NCBI RefSeq assembly: GCF_021869535.1
Contig: NW_026262637.1
Location: 16,864,001 to 16,928,000, forward strand
Length of the DNA: 64,000 bases
Direction of reading: 5' to 3'
From: Mytilus californianus
Lineage: Eukaryota
In this document: piece after piece, positions 36,560-49,048 of the stretch
Layout: each line of letters opens with the position of its first letter
How positions within the stretch are numbered: the first letter of the stretch is position 1
The notes under the pieces: model-generated
What the model saw: the letters and a program-made list of their open reading frames with translations, nothing else
Told to the model about the DNA's origin: nothing
The model's database searches: none
Made by a program: the position numbers and the translations under genes

Positions 36560-36865
36560 TGAATAAACTACCACTTTCCGATGGCACGTGAACACAATAC
36601 CTTTAACCGATGACACGTGATCACATTGCCTATAACGAATAGCAAGTACATGACCAAACTACCATTTTACCAATGGTACGTGAATATACTATCAATTTCC
36701 GATGGCATGTGAACACGTACGCTGCCTATTACGAATGGCAAGTGAACATAATACTATAACTGATGGCACGTGAACAAACTGCTTTTTTACCGATGGTACG
36801 TGAGAACACTGTCTATGATGAGTGGCAAGTTAACATACTACGTATTATTAATGGCAAGTGAATAT
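36560..36865 (+). repeat. Degenerate ~28-30-bp minisatellite with core ccgatggcacgtgaaca
   Basis: About 10 units: gatggcacgtgaac, gatgacacgtgatc, aatggtacgtgaat, gatggcatgtgaac, aatggcaagtgaac and similar. Confidence 0.75.
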
Positions 36866-38523
36866 ATGTATCTAGTACAATATAGTAGTTCTTAGGCAGA
36901 AAGCTCTGTCTCTAACATGTCCCATTTCTTATAAATTTCTTTAGATCTTGCAATAAAGTCCGTGTGGTTTGGATATAATTGCTTTTCATATGTTGAAGTG
37001 TAATTAAACATGAACTGAATGTCGGTGGTTTTCTGTCTGGATTTTTTTTCATCGTGTATTTGCTGTTCCATGTACCTTTTCTATTGTTTGATTGCTGCAT
37101 AATGCAGATTTTTTTATTTTATTGTCAGTCAAAACATACTCACTAAGAAGTTAAATCAGCTATCTAATATTTAATCCAGACAGAAAAGAAAATGTAAATA
37201 AAGTGTTTCGTTTGTATTTTCTTTATAGATCCCCAACAAGTACTCACAATGACACAAAATACGCAGTAGACATCAACAATTGTTGAATATGACGCATGGT
37301 CTTTAGCAGGTACTACCGACGCAGACATTTAGATCTCCATACATTTCATTATGACTAAATTTAAATATCTACAAACAACTAGATGATCGTGCGTGTCTGG
37401 CGTTGCAAATAGTAAGCCTGGTGTCTTTGATGAGATTTTGTTTTATTATCAAGTCAAGGATTTCAATAGCGTAAGCTCGTCAAAATGCACTTAACTCAGA
37501 CAGTCAATGTTTGTCTGCAGACTTTTCTCGATTATTTGTTTCTTATGGCATTACCAAACTTTTACATTATATTTCTGCTATGATACATATTCACCTTGAT
37601 TTATATTTCGATTGAAAATTTGTAAACCGACAGCCAGATTATTTCTTGACACATGCTGTCTACATATAAATATGACATATTGAAGACCTTGTTAAGTTTA
37701 TATCGGGAACAATTGTGATAAAGTGTTGCATTTTAAAGCTCTTTATGGTATAACGTAAAGCCCAAGGTACAAAACCTGTTAACGATGATATGATTTATTC
37801 ATAATATATCATATTTACAATGTACATACACGGATATTTAACTTGGTGTTTCAGCATGGAGTACACACTACCAAAAAACCTGCATGGAACTATGATACAT
37901 TGCTCTATTTCGATTCTGTAGATATTCTTCACTGGCAAAATGCCCTAAAAATTTCAAAACGCTTGTATGAATTCCTTTTTGTAAAAGTTAAGTATCACCT
38001 AACCTTAATAAGACAATATCAATAGCTCAAAAAAACATGAATGACTATTTTCTTTTGCAGACATAATAGTTTGTCATGCAAAATCATATAGCCCTCTTAA
38101 ACCTCTTATATTCTGTAAATTTATCCAACTCAAAATACATACGTAGACATTCGAAAAACAAGCCTCCGATGTGTATTTTTATGTGAAAGATTAGAATTGA
38201 CGTGACTTATGAGTTTGAATGTCCCTTTGGTATCATTCGCCTCTCTTTTAAAAAGATCAGTACCTCTATGCTCGTTTCAAACTTTTTTCAATATTGTCTT
38301 TGTACAACTCTGCTTTGTAGGTTTTGATGACTAAAACGTCACAAGACAGTATGAACACAAAAACTACTGATATAAAAACAAGGATGTATACTTTCAATAA
38401 ACTTTATTTGGCAATTTGAGTATCAAAAATAGTTAGAAAAAAACTAATAACAAGGAATAAAACATCACAGATAATTAATGTCACATTGGCGTGTCTAGTA
38501 AGGCGACTCACTCGCCGCTATCA

Positions 38524-40919
38524 TTACCAACCAAGAGAAGCAAAAATATTGTCTAATTTAGATTGTTGTGAAATCTTTTTCTGTCTACATTGGAATTTGC
38601 TAGCAGCACAGTGTTGTGGTAGGTCAATATCCATTTTTCTACATTGTGGTACAATATTTGGACAATATACAGCTATTTTACGTCTGATGATATCTTCTGG
38701 GACACATTGGAATGAGCTATCCATACCGTCAACCAGTGGATATTTGGTTCTAAAAATAAATAAACATGTATACTTTAATATAATGATTAGTCTGGAAAGT
38801 GAACAATATACACACATTCTTTCTAAGAGCTTTAATATATAACTAATATCGCGGAATTCAAAACATTACTTTTTAAAAATACGTGTGTATTCAACAAATG
38901 ATATCACAATATTCAATTTGTAATTTTTATTGGCTATCATATTGAATTTGAATTGTTTGCTCATTTTGGCATTTTACTTTTGTCTTCCATTTGCTTTATA
39001 TGCCTGTTATTTATAATATCATTAACGGTACCAACTTTTCGGCACCAGATGTGCATTTCGACAATAAATGTCACTTCAGTGATTCTCTAGGCCAAAATAT
39101 TTGAAAATCCAAAGCTTATTAAAAAAAAGGAGCTTATAAAACAAAAAGGACAAAAAAGTCGGGCAAGGAATCAGAGCTTTGCATGAGGGGGATATATTCC
39201 TTTATTTAAAATAATTTCCAAAATTGTGTAACAGCAAATTTTAATAACAGAAAATCCGTATTTTCATACCAGTATCGAATTACTGGCTACTGGGCTGAAT
39301 TGATACTTCTTTGCTTACCGGTAATTAAGTTGGCCTCCAAAAACTTTATTATTGTATGTGTGAGAGGGGGTCTCAACTAAATTCTCTTCTCAGAGTCTAG
39401 TTATATGTTCATACCGGTCATACTGATTTCATTTTGAACTTACCCGCATTGCATATAATAAACAATTTGCTGCCATGGCCGGATAACGTTACACATGGTT
39501 GTCCTTCCTGGTTCATATTCATACCAAACTGTTGTAAGGTTAGTGTAAGAGCTTGGACATATACTGCCACATTCTACAATCTGAGGTCCACTTGGATTTC
39601 CAATATCAAGTGGGCATATACTATAAAAGACAATTTGAAATACATCTGTCATGCAAATAGAAGGTTGCACAAATTTCTTTTTCTTGAAACGCCTATCAAG
39701 TCATCTACTTTTTCACTATTTAAATTTTATTTTAATGTGGTTTTTTTTTTCTTTGATATTTTAAAATTTTAAGTTTTTTCTGATGTTATGTAAAAATGAA
39801 GAAGACTATACTTACTGAGGGTCATCATAAGGAACAGCTGGTTGGTATATTTTACTGGCATCTTCTAAATACATCTGAATTTCTTGGTCGTCTAATATAG
39901 CCTGTTCTATTGCCATACTGTAATAAAAAGATAAATCACTTATTAACAAAGGAAATTTAACAAAAATTACAATTTTTTAGCTTTTTTTCTCTCATTTAGC
40001 TCAATTCCTGTTCAATCGTGTCTTATTGAATTTTTGATAATGAAATTTCCAAACTAACTGTAACATCTCTGAATGAGGGGCGTCGTATGGCTGTGCGGGA
40101 TGTATAAACAGTTACGGCCGGTCGAATGCGTTATTATGCCTAGTTCAGTGAGAGTGTCATGCTAGCAAGAATCATTGAATCGATGAGTCCATAAGTTACC
40201 TGTTGCTAATCGAAATTTCCAAACGTATTTAACGTATCGAACCCTCTGTTTACTGAGACGGTAGACATTTACCGCTAATCATTATTTTCGTCTTGAGTAC
40301 ACATTTAATACTTGCCACTGGATATTACCCAAACAATCAAGTAGAGAATATTGCATGCGTACGTAAAGTTTTGAAAGGTTTGAATTTAACGTAATAAATC
40401 TTGATATAAGGAATTCTGATATATTAAGACAACAACTCTTTAGATAAGTTCTTGTGTAAAAGTAATCTCCAGCAGTTATGTTTAAGTTGGAAATGGTAAG
40501 ATTTACGTTGATGTTAAGCAATGCATTATTTTAGCGTTTTAAACTTCCGAAGACAGGAAATGAAGCTGGGCGTTTCAAATAACTACGGTAAATTAATCTA
40601 CATCGTATTGACAAAGACTGCAATTCAAAGGTTATTTGAATGTGGTTACCCGAACAGAATTGTGTAATAAAATGGTTACCATTCGTTCACGCTGGCACAA
40701 CCAGTAGCATGCTTCCAGTACTTCTTGGAGAATTTTAAACTCATGCATCAATATCAACAACTGTATAGAAATGTATACGTACTGATTGTATTCTAACGGA
40801 TCATGACATATCTTTCCCATGTCTGGCCATCTGTTTTCAATTGGATCAACAATACATTTCTTTCCAAATAACCCTAACACACATGGCAATACAGCAAGGA
40901 AAAATGTACTTTGCCTCAT
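38524..40919 (-). CDS. Gene A2: paralogue of A1, 213 aa
   Basis: Exons are 40919-40783 (137), 39917-39816 (102), 39620-39444 (177) and 38749-38524 (226). All splice sites are intact and the frame is open. There are 6 aa differences from A1 (I5T, F15L, L47M, N150S, L207I, F211L) and all Cys are kept. Non-coding exon 1 ends at 41199. Confidence 0.88.
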
Positions 40920-41198
40920 CTACAAACAGTAATGAAATATTATTTATAGAATGTTGTTTTATTGCTATCTGAACTGAAATAGCAGGTTTATTCTAGTAAT
41001 CGAAATTCGAAAATCTAAGTGCTTATCTTGCCTCACAATATTATGCAATATTTGATCTAATTTGATAGAAATAATTGTACATTACATCACAAATAAAAGT
41101 GTACTTATTTTTTTCCCCAAGTAAATGGTATAAATCTTATTTGTGAACTTCTTTATAATGTTTGCCTTAAAGTTGAAGTATAAGAGATTGTAGTTTAC

Positions 41199-41488
41199 CT
41201 TTTTACTTATGTCTCGTCTATGTTCTGTTTGCCATCAGCAGCAGATATCTTTATATACACAATTTCAGTGACAAGGAAATATACGTACTGACCAATTGCT
41301 GACCATAATGTTTTATTATGACCTAAAAACCAACGTCATGGACAATGTCCTTGATGTGCGTAAACTAATTGATCATCATTGTCAAAAAATAAACACTATT
41401 TGTCAACAATTATTCTATATAAAGAATAAACTTGACCATGTATATCAATTCGTCCTAATTTTGCTTAAAGTGACGACTGCTAAAAATG
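41199..41488. promoter_or_regulatory. Bidirectional promoter of A2/B2
   Basis: Minus-strand TATATAAAGA at 41257-41248 and plus-strand TATATAAA at 41416-41423. Colinear with 11432-11723. Confidence 0.75.
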
Positions 41489-44400
41489 GTAAGTGAATGA
41501 ATTTCGTTATTTTAAATCCATTTATTTTAAGGTTTATGTATTGCATTACAATATTAAATCTACAAAGTTGTTAAATAAATAATATTTCTAAACCCCAGTG
41601 TATGAAGCATGATAATTCATTCAACACTTTTTTGGTTGAAATTTGTCAAAAGAGTTGTATGATTTTATTTTTAGAAAGTTTAGTTAAAGCTAATTTTATT
41701 TATTTCACACGTTTGGGTTATTAACAAAGTTTAATGGTTCATGCCAAATGGGATTATTTAACAAAAAAAAACTTAAATGTCTTTTGAAAAATAGCATAGT
41801 TACATGAAATAATCATTATGATATTTGTTTTAGTTCAAACTACTACTGACTTGTGCCATCATTAACTTTGTTTCGTGTGTACCTATGAATGTATGTAACA
41901 ACTACAAGTATTTGTATGACCAGTGTCTGCCACACAGGAGTTGGATATGTGATAAACCAGCTGGTTATTCCCCCCTCGATATGTAAGTAGTTCCCATAAA
42001 TGTAACTTTGTTTTCATAATTCATCTTAAGATATGCCCTTAAGATATCCTTACAAAATGTGAATCTTCAATTTCCGTTATTCAGTTTTGATATATTTAAA
42101 ATTTGTTTGTTGGTTCATTTTATGACTGTAAATAAATGTAAGGCATGAATAATTAATGCAAAGAATAATACACAAGATATAAATATGATTAAAAAAAATA
42201 TAATGCAAGATAGAAAAATAACTTATGCGACTAGGAATAAATATAAGTTTACTAAGTTAAAAAGAAGTGATTCTGAGTATGGTCAACCATACGCGAGGGC
42301 CCTCTTGTTGAAATCAGATACAAATTACTGTTAATAAAACTATTGATGATCTATAGAATCGAAATACTTTTGCCTTGCATGTGCTGAAAAGGTAAGCAAT
42401 TGTTTAGAAATTATTGTCGCCATGGAGACTAATTTTTCCATGGTATCACTTTCTTTTAAAGTATTAAAATGTAAAAATTACAAATATTAAATAAGATTTT
42501 TCAATTGAAATATACATAAACAAATACTGATGTATACCGTTGTTTATCAATTGTCTTATAATTGAAATTGTTGTCTTTTAAATTTGTTCTCTGTTTTAAA
42601 GGCGTGGATTGAGACAAAAATTGTCACAAAGTGATGGATCATTTATCCACTATATCAAGTCATGCAGTGAGTGTTTAGGAGAGCCAGCTCCATATAGGTA
42701 ATTATCATTTAAACCTTATTGCACAATAGATAAACTTATTTAGATATGTATGTATCATTTCTTAGTATATGCATCGCACACTTCAGCTACTATTTCTACC
42801 AATAAATGTCTAAATTATCTCCATACAATTAAGCACCTAAAGTTGTCTCTACTACATTTGATAATAAATGGTAAGAGGTAACGTAATTCAACCGATGGAC
42901 AAATCAATATATGAAATTAATAAAAATATTATTTAGAGCAGAGACGGATTGACAATTAAAAGTTTGGATTGATTGATATTAAGGTCCAGTGGGAATTATT
43001 AGATGCATATCAGAACAGTTAAGATTTTTACCCAAATTAACATTTTTTCTTTAATCTCTCCAACCCTAGTATTATTATTGATGAAAATGGGCAATACTAT
43101 TTTTCTCTAATGACAGTTGCATTTATGATTATAAAACCTACCTCAGAAATTTCTGCACTAGAAAGTGGAAGTCTTGACGGAATGTAATTGTTTAGTTGTT
43201 GTGCCACTAACATGATACCCCTTCATCCCATTTTATTTCAATTAAAAATTATGTTAAACGGTAGAAAAAAATATTTTCTGTCGTTCCTTTTCAGTTTAGG
43301 CAGCAGAGGCGGCTTCTGTCATCTTGGATCATGCAATAGAAGAAATCATTTGGTCTAAATGCATTATGCATTTAGCAAAGTTTGAGATAGAATGCTATTC
43401 ATTTGTAAGACTTTATATAAATGAGAAACATTATTGTATTTCATCTTATTAATTCGACTGTTTTTACAAATACAGAATATTTTTGATTGATTAAAGAAAA
43501 TAAACTTTGCCTTACAATTAAGGGAAGATATCTTAGATATATCAATTTCATAAATACAGTATTTTTTTTCATTTTGTACTACAGCAAAAAAAAAAAGTTA
43601 CTGCATGTTATCTTTTTATTTTTCATTTTCTAAGAACTGATAAATTATTGTTGAAATAAGAATTAAAAAATTAAAAATTAAAAAATCACTTGGAAATGGT
43701 ACCAGATTATTTTTATTTGCATAGATATTTATATTTCAGGGGAAAAGTAGATTATGTAAAGAAACCAGTTTGTCGTGAAGTTAAGGTACCAATTGAATAT
43801 ATAAACAAAACAGTGTATCATGAACTGACTGGAGTAGCTGAAGGCTATGAAGTGTGTCAGGTCTTACTGAATGGCCCCGACAGAAATGTACAGAAAGTTT
43901 ACAGGACGGATTGTTATAACGGGTAAGATGATTAACTGCATTTCATTGACTGATTAAGAAGCTTCATAATCATTACTATACAACTTGTAAAGTGCGAAAA
44001 GCAACTCAGTAATACTGGTCTTGCTTGATTTCAGATATGAACATCTCCATCTGAACTTCATCAGGCAATTTAATTATGTTATATAGTTCAATATATCATT
44101 TGAATGTTGCTTCCGTTATTGTCAGTGGTCAGTAAAATATAAAGTCATCTATAAAGTTGCAATAATGTTAAATAAAGATGCTGATAATATCTTGGCTAAG
44201 TTTCCATAATCCCGTTAAGGACAGATGTATTGTAGTACATCGTTGTCCTACCATCCGTCTGTCCGTCGTAAACATGTCGCATACTGACTTATGAAGGTCT
44301 CCAGCTACTTTATTCCAATTACCCGAATAATCAGAATGGTTGTCTGATGGTCTATATACTTTTTGGTGATTATCACTTGTGTCGGTTGGACAGTTATGGG

Positions 44401-45142
44401 ACTTCGAAATTTAAGAATTTTTTTACACGCATTGAACAACAGGCTCCATTTATAACGCTGACAATGTCTTTTATAACAATTGATGGGGACATATCTATTA
44501 TGTGTTTAGTGTAATTTCTCTACCCCCCCTCCCCCCCCCCCCCCCCATCATTTAACTATTATTTTAACTTTTTATTGTGTTCTTATAAACATTGCAGTTG
44601 CATATATTATAACGAAAATTAATCAACAAAATTCTTGATAATCCTGCACAAGTTCGTATATATTTTATTCACAAAGTTTAAAATTAATTTTTGTTGGCTT
44701 AAGATTTTTTGTATAATATATAATCAAACGAAATCTTAAAAGAGCATTTTATTTGCAAAACTTTTTGTACAATCCCATTTGTTTTATTAATTCATTCATT
44801 CTTTCATTTTTGTATTCTTCATTTTGTTAATTGAAAGTTAACCTTTGATTTTTCAGAGATGAGAGAAAACAGAACAATTACTGTAGATTTGACTATGGGG
44901 TGTTCAAGCAATATTTTTGTAGACCAACAAACTTTGTGTACAGAACCATGCTTATTGACTGTCCATTGACGGGATTACAGTATTACAAAGAAAAGGTATC
45001 AACAGCATGTAGCTGTGTTAAAGTCAAATGTTTAACAGGAGAAGTTCCGGGACCCTTTAACAATCATGGGATCAGACAGGGACCCGTACACATCCAACAA
45101 AGGACAAAAACAATAGTTGGAACAAAACCAGGCTTGTCTTGA
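41486..45142 (+). CDS. Gene B2: paralogue of B1, Spaetzle/neurotrophin-like cystine-knot protein, 238 aa
   Basis: Exons are 41486-41488 (ATG), 41834-41982 (149), 42602-42697 (96), 43740-43922 (183) and 44857-45142 (286). Splice sites are intact and the frame is open. By hand count there are 18 substitutions and 1 codon deletion relative to B1, and all Cys are kept. Confidence 0.88.
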
Positions 45143-47896
45143 AAATCCGAAGAATGTGTAGCTGACTGTGATATTTATGTTTTACAATGTTTTGCTATTT
45201 GTATATTGATTTTGTTTTGTTATTGTTACGGTATAAGTACGCAAATAAATTCGTCAATTAAGCTGTAATCATTTCATTCTTTGAAGTCTCAAACATACAT
45301 ATGATTATTTTTATCACTATAAAAACACTTAGTTATTTTGATTCATAAATAGTACATTCATGTGTAGTCTCGTATTGTTAAATTATCTCCAAGAAACGTG
45401 TCCATTATCGCCCTCAGGGGATATAATCTGTTTTAACATGTCTTTTGTTCAGACACCTGTAACTGGACATTTCCATGTATTGACACTTCAATTAAATGAT
45501 TTGCAGGAACTGTTGATTTGTCGATTGTTTTTGTATGTATGGAGTTTCCATAAAAATAAGGACTGAGGTGTGGTATGATTGCTAGCGTCAACCATCCACC
45601 AGACCAGATAATGAGAATGTATACATGGCCATGTACAGCATTCAACAATATACTAAACCATTACCGTATAGAAACCTATACAAAGCCCTGGCAAGAAAAA
45701 TGTGAAACAATTCAAAAGAGAAAACGAACGTCCTAATTCATGCTAAAATCAATAAACGAAAAAAATATTTAAAACAGCAACCACTTAAGTTCCTGTTTAC
45801 TATTAGTGGTTCATGTTATCCTGACCCAACTACAAACTTTCACATTAAATATGCAATTTGTCAATAAACTATGACTGAGAGGGTAAGGTTAAATAATTTT
45901 CACGGAAATAAGATGAGCCAATGCTAATACAACTGCATACTGAAAATCATTGACTTACACTAGTTGTTTCCCTGAAACTGACCTAATCACAAAAACTTAA
46001 ATACATGTAAACTAAGCAAAAGTTTCGATGTCAATTGACCATGAATAAGGGGGCAGGGTCAAATAAGCTCTATGGAAATGAGACGTGCCAATGCTAATAC
46101 AACTGTAGACCAAATATCATTGAATTAATACCACTACTGGTTTCTGTTAAATTTACCTTATCACAAACTTTAATTTGGAAACTAAGCAAAAGTTTCAACG
46201 TCAATTGACCATGACTTAGGGGGCAGGGTCAAATAAGCTCTATGGAAATGAGACGTTCCAATGCTAAAACAACTGCAGACCAAATTAAAAAAAAATTTAT
46301 CATTGATTTACCTCTACTAATTTCCATTAAACTGACTATTTCACAAACTCTAATTTGTAAAAGTTTTCAAAGTCAACAGACCATGACTGAGAGAGGGTTT
46401 AGGGAGGGGGCAATAATACACAAAGTATCATATCCATTAATTGGGATGAAAACCAATTATTAGAACCTTCCAAACCTGTTATTGACGGACTGATAACAGA
46501 TGCAAAGAGATGGCAAAAGATCACACGACCTCTAGCTAAAAGATCTTAAAGAGTACAGTAAAAAAAATTTTTTTAATTGAAAACATTAAAATCAATACAT
46601 AAGTAAATTTCTGCATCTTACATACTATACCATGTAAACAGTATACAGTTGGAATTAGGAATTTATAACTAAATTATCATAAAATTCTACTTAATGCAAT
46701 TTTTAAATAACAGAGTTTATAAATGTTCTCAAGACTTCTTAATCATTCATTGTAATTTTTAATCGGAACAGAAAGAAGGCTTTCAAATGACTTGGAATAT
46801 CCAATCTGATTCAAATACAGATCTGATTCCACACTTTGCTTACAAGGATCTGACAACACTTCTTTCTACTTTCTTTTCTCGTAATTATTACATCGGCCAA
46901 TGAAATTCCTGCCTACAAACTTTTAAAAGTGTCTATCATTGCAACAAAACCAGAAGGTCTTAAAAATAGAAAGTTGACCAGAGCTTTGTCAGAACCTTGT
47001 TAGCAAAGCGTTGACACAAGATCTGTAATTTAATTAGATTGAGATTATCATTATTCATAAAATAAAACAACACTGACTAGAAGGTTTTGTAGAAATCATT
47101 GAATAAAATTAACATTAAATGTCATAATGATAATATTAGAAAACTCAAGTAAACAGCTTGTAGCCTAGGCTTTAAATGTAATGACCATGTCTATTTTAGT
47201 CACGCAGCGTTAAACTTGTTCACTTAAAGTTTATACTGTGGATTCATAATAATTCGTTGGATACTAATTTTTGTGTAATTATGTGTATAGGTAAACCATG
47301 AGTTAAAAATGTTCAACAGTGTACAAATTATCTATAGGCATATATACAGACTTTGGGAAAACCACAAAATCAAATATCCATCAAATTACAATTTTCCTTC
47401 ATTCCATAAAAATTGGTATCCACCAAAAAATCCACAGTAATAAAAAATGTCAAAAAAGACAAACAAGAGGCTGTCCAGTGACAGCAAACCAGATTTTCCT
47501 GCAGAGGTCGGACCTTGAACAGTTGAGCAAGTATGGACACAACATTTAAGCTTGAAACAGCTCTGAATTTGGATTGTGATTGAATATTTATAATAGATTA
47601 TTATCTAATTAATAATGAAAATATTATTTGCAAATCTGAACCCAAAACAGGCTCATGTAAAAATTGAACATTAACACACACAACAAAAATAAAATACCAC
47701 ATAACAACTGTGACATCTACCTTCATAACACACATGACTTAAAAAAAATAGTTATAAAGAAATGTTGATGTTATCATTACTGGTTCATGGAATAAGTTTG
47801 AGTTATTTCCCTTTGAACAGAAATATGGTTTAACATAGTATTCTAATATTAGATATGATTTCACTAAAAATAGTTCTCTAAAATTAGATATGATGT

Positions 47897-49048
47897 AACA
47901 CAATGTATATCTATTTTCAAATCATAATCAAATATGATTAATAGTTCCAAATATTTTTTCTTTCATTTGCCACAAACTAATATAGATCTGCAACTTATCT
48001 ATCAACTTTATCTACACAATGTAATGTAATGAAATATATCCTTTAATAAAAATAGATTATTATCTAATTAAAGGAGTTCACTTCATAAAAAAAAAATTAT
48101 ATATATAGCATTCAGAAAATTAGTTTATACAGAATAACAAACAAACCTTCCACAAAATTCTTCAAACAATTTACCAAAGAAAAGAAAATAAATCCAAAAT
48201 GTCATTTATCATTAATACAATGTCTTTTAAAAATCTTTTAAAAAATGAGTTATTTCCCTTTGTACAGAAATGGATTAATTCGTCAAAAATTGAATTCTTG
48301 GGAAAGGGCTGTAACTCAACAACGAGAAAAGCTAAAACCATTAAAATTAAACTTGACCTTCATTTAGTCCCAGGAAACAACATATCTAAATTTGAAAGCA
48401 TTTCTTCAAAGCGTTTTCATGTAAATGAACATACACTGTTTGGCAGCTGCCCGCCCGGCCGCTGTACATTCCCAAATCAATAACCGATTTTTACTTCGAA
48501 AATCCGGTTAAAAATGTAAATGTGTTTACATTCTTCGTTATAGCATGAATTTCATTATTTAAAACAAGAGAAACAGATTTCTATTATTCAATATTATTAA
48601 GTGACATAAAATCTTTGATTAACGTCCTACGTTCTGGCTCCATTAGAATGTCTTTTGGATTTGAATAATATATTATAGCTTTATCATTTTCGTCAAGATC
48701 TTCATAATCTTTAAGTTTCTGGTAATGTTTTCTTGTCATTTCCAGCAATGTAAAGAAAACCTGAAAAATAGAATTTTAGGAATCATTTTCAAAATAAAAG
48801 TATCAAATGATTAGATTAACTGATCGTTTCACCAGCCTCTGGTTTCAACAGCTTCTTTCAGTGAATAAATTTTTAGTTAAACACAATGTATATCTATTTT
48901 CAAATCATAATCAAATATGATTAATAGTTCCAAATATTTTTTCTTTCATTTGCCACAAACTAATATAGATCTGCAACTTATCTATCAACTTTATCTACAC
49001 AATGTAATGTAATGAAATATATCCTTTAATAAAAATAGATTATTATCT
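47897..49048 (+). repeat. 169-bp direct repeat (47897-48065 and 48880-49048)
   Basis: aacacaatgtatatctattttcaaatcataatc...aataaaaatagattattatct appears identical in both copies. Confidence 0.9.

Larger units (their letters stand above)
36890..46500 (+). repeat. Segmental duplication unit 2 (paralogous to about 7115-17300)
   Basis: Colinear with unit 1. It has copy-specific intron insertions, for example about 39020-39300 and 40108-40520, which are absent from copy 1. Ends are approximate. Confidence 0.8.
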
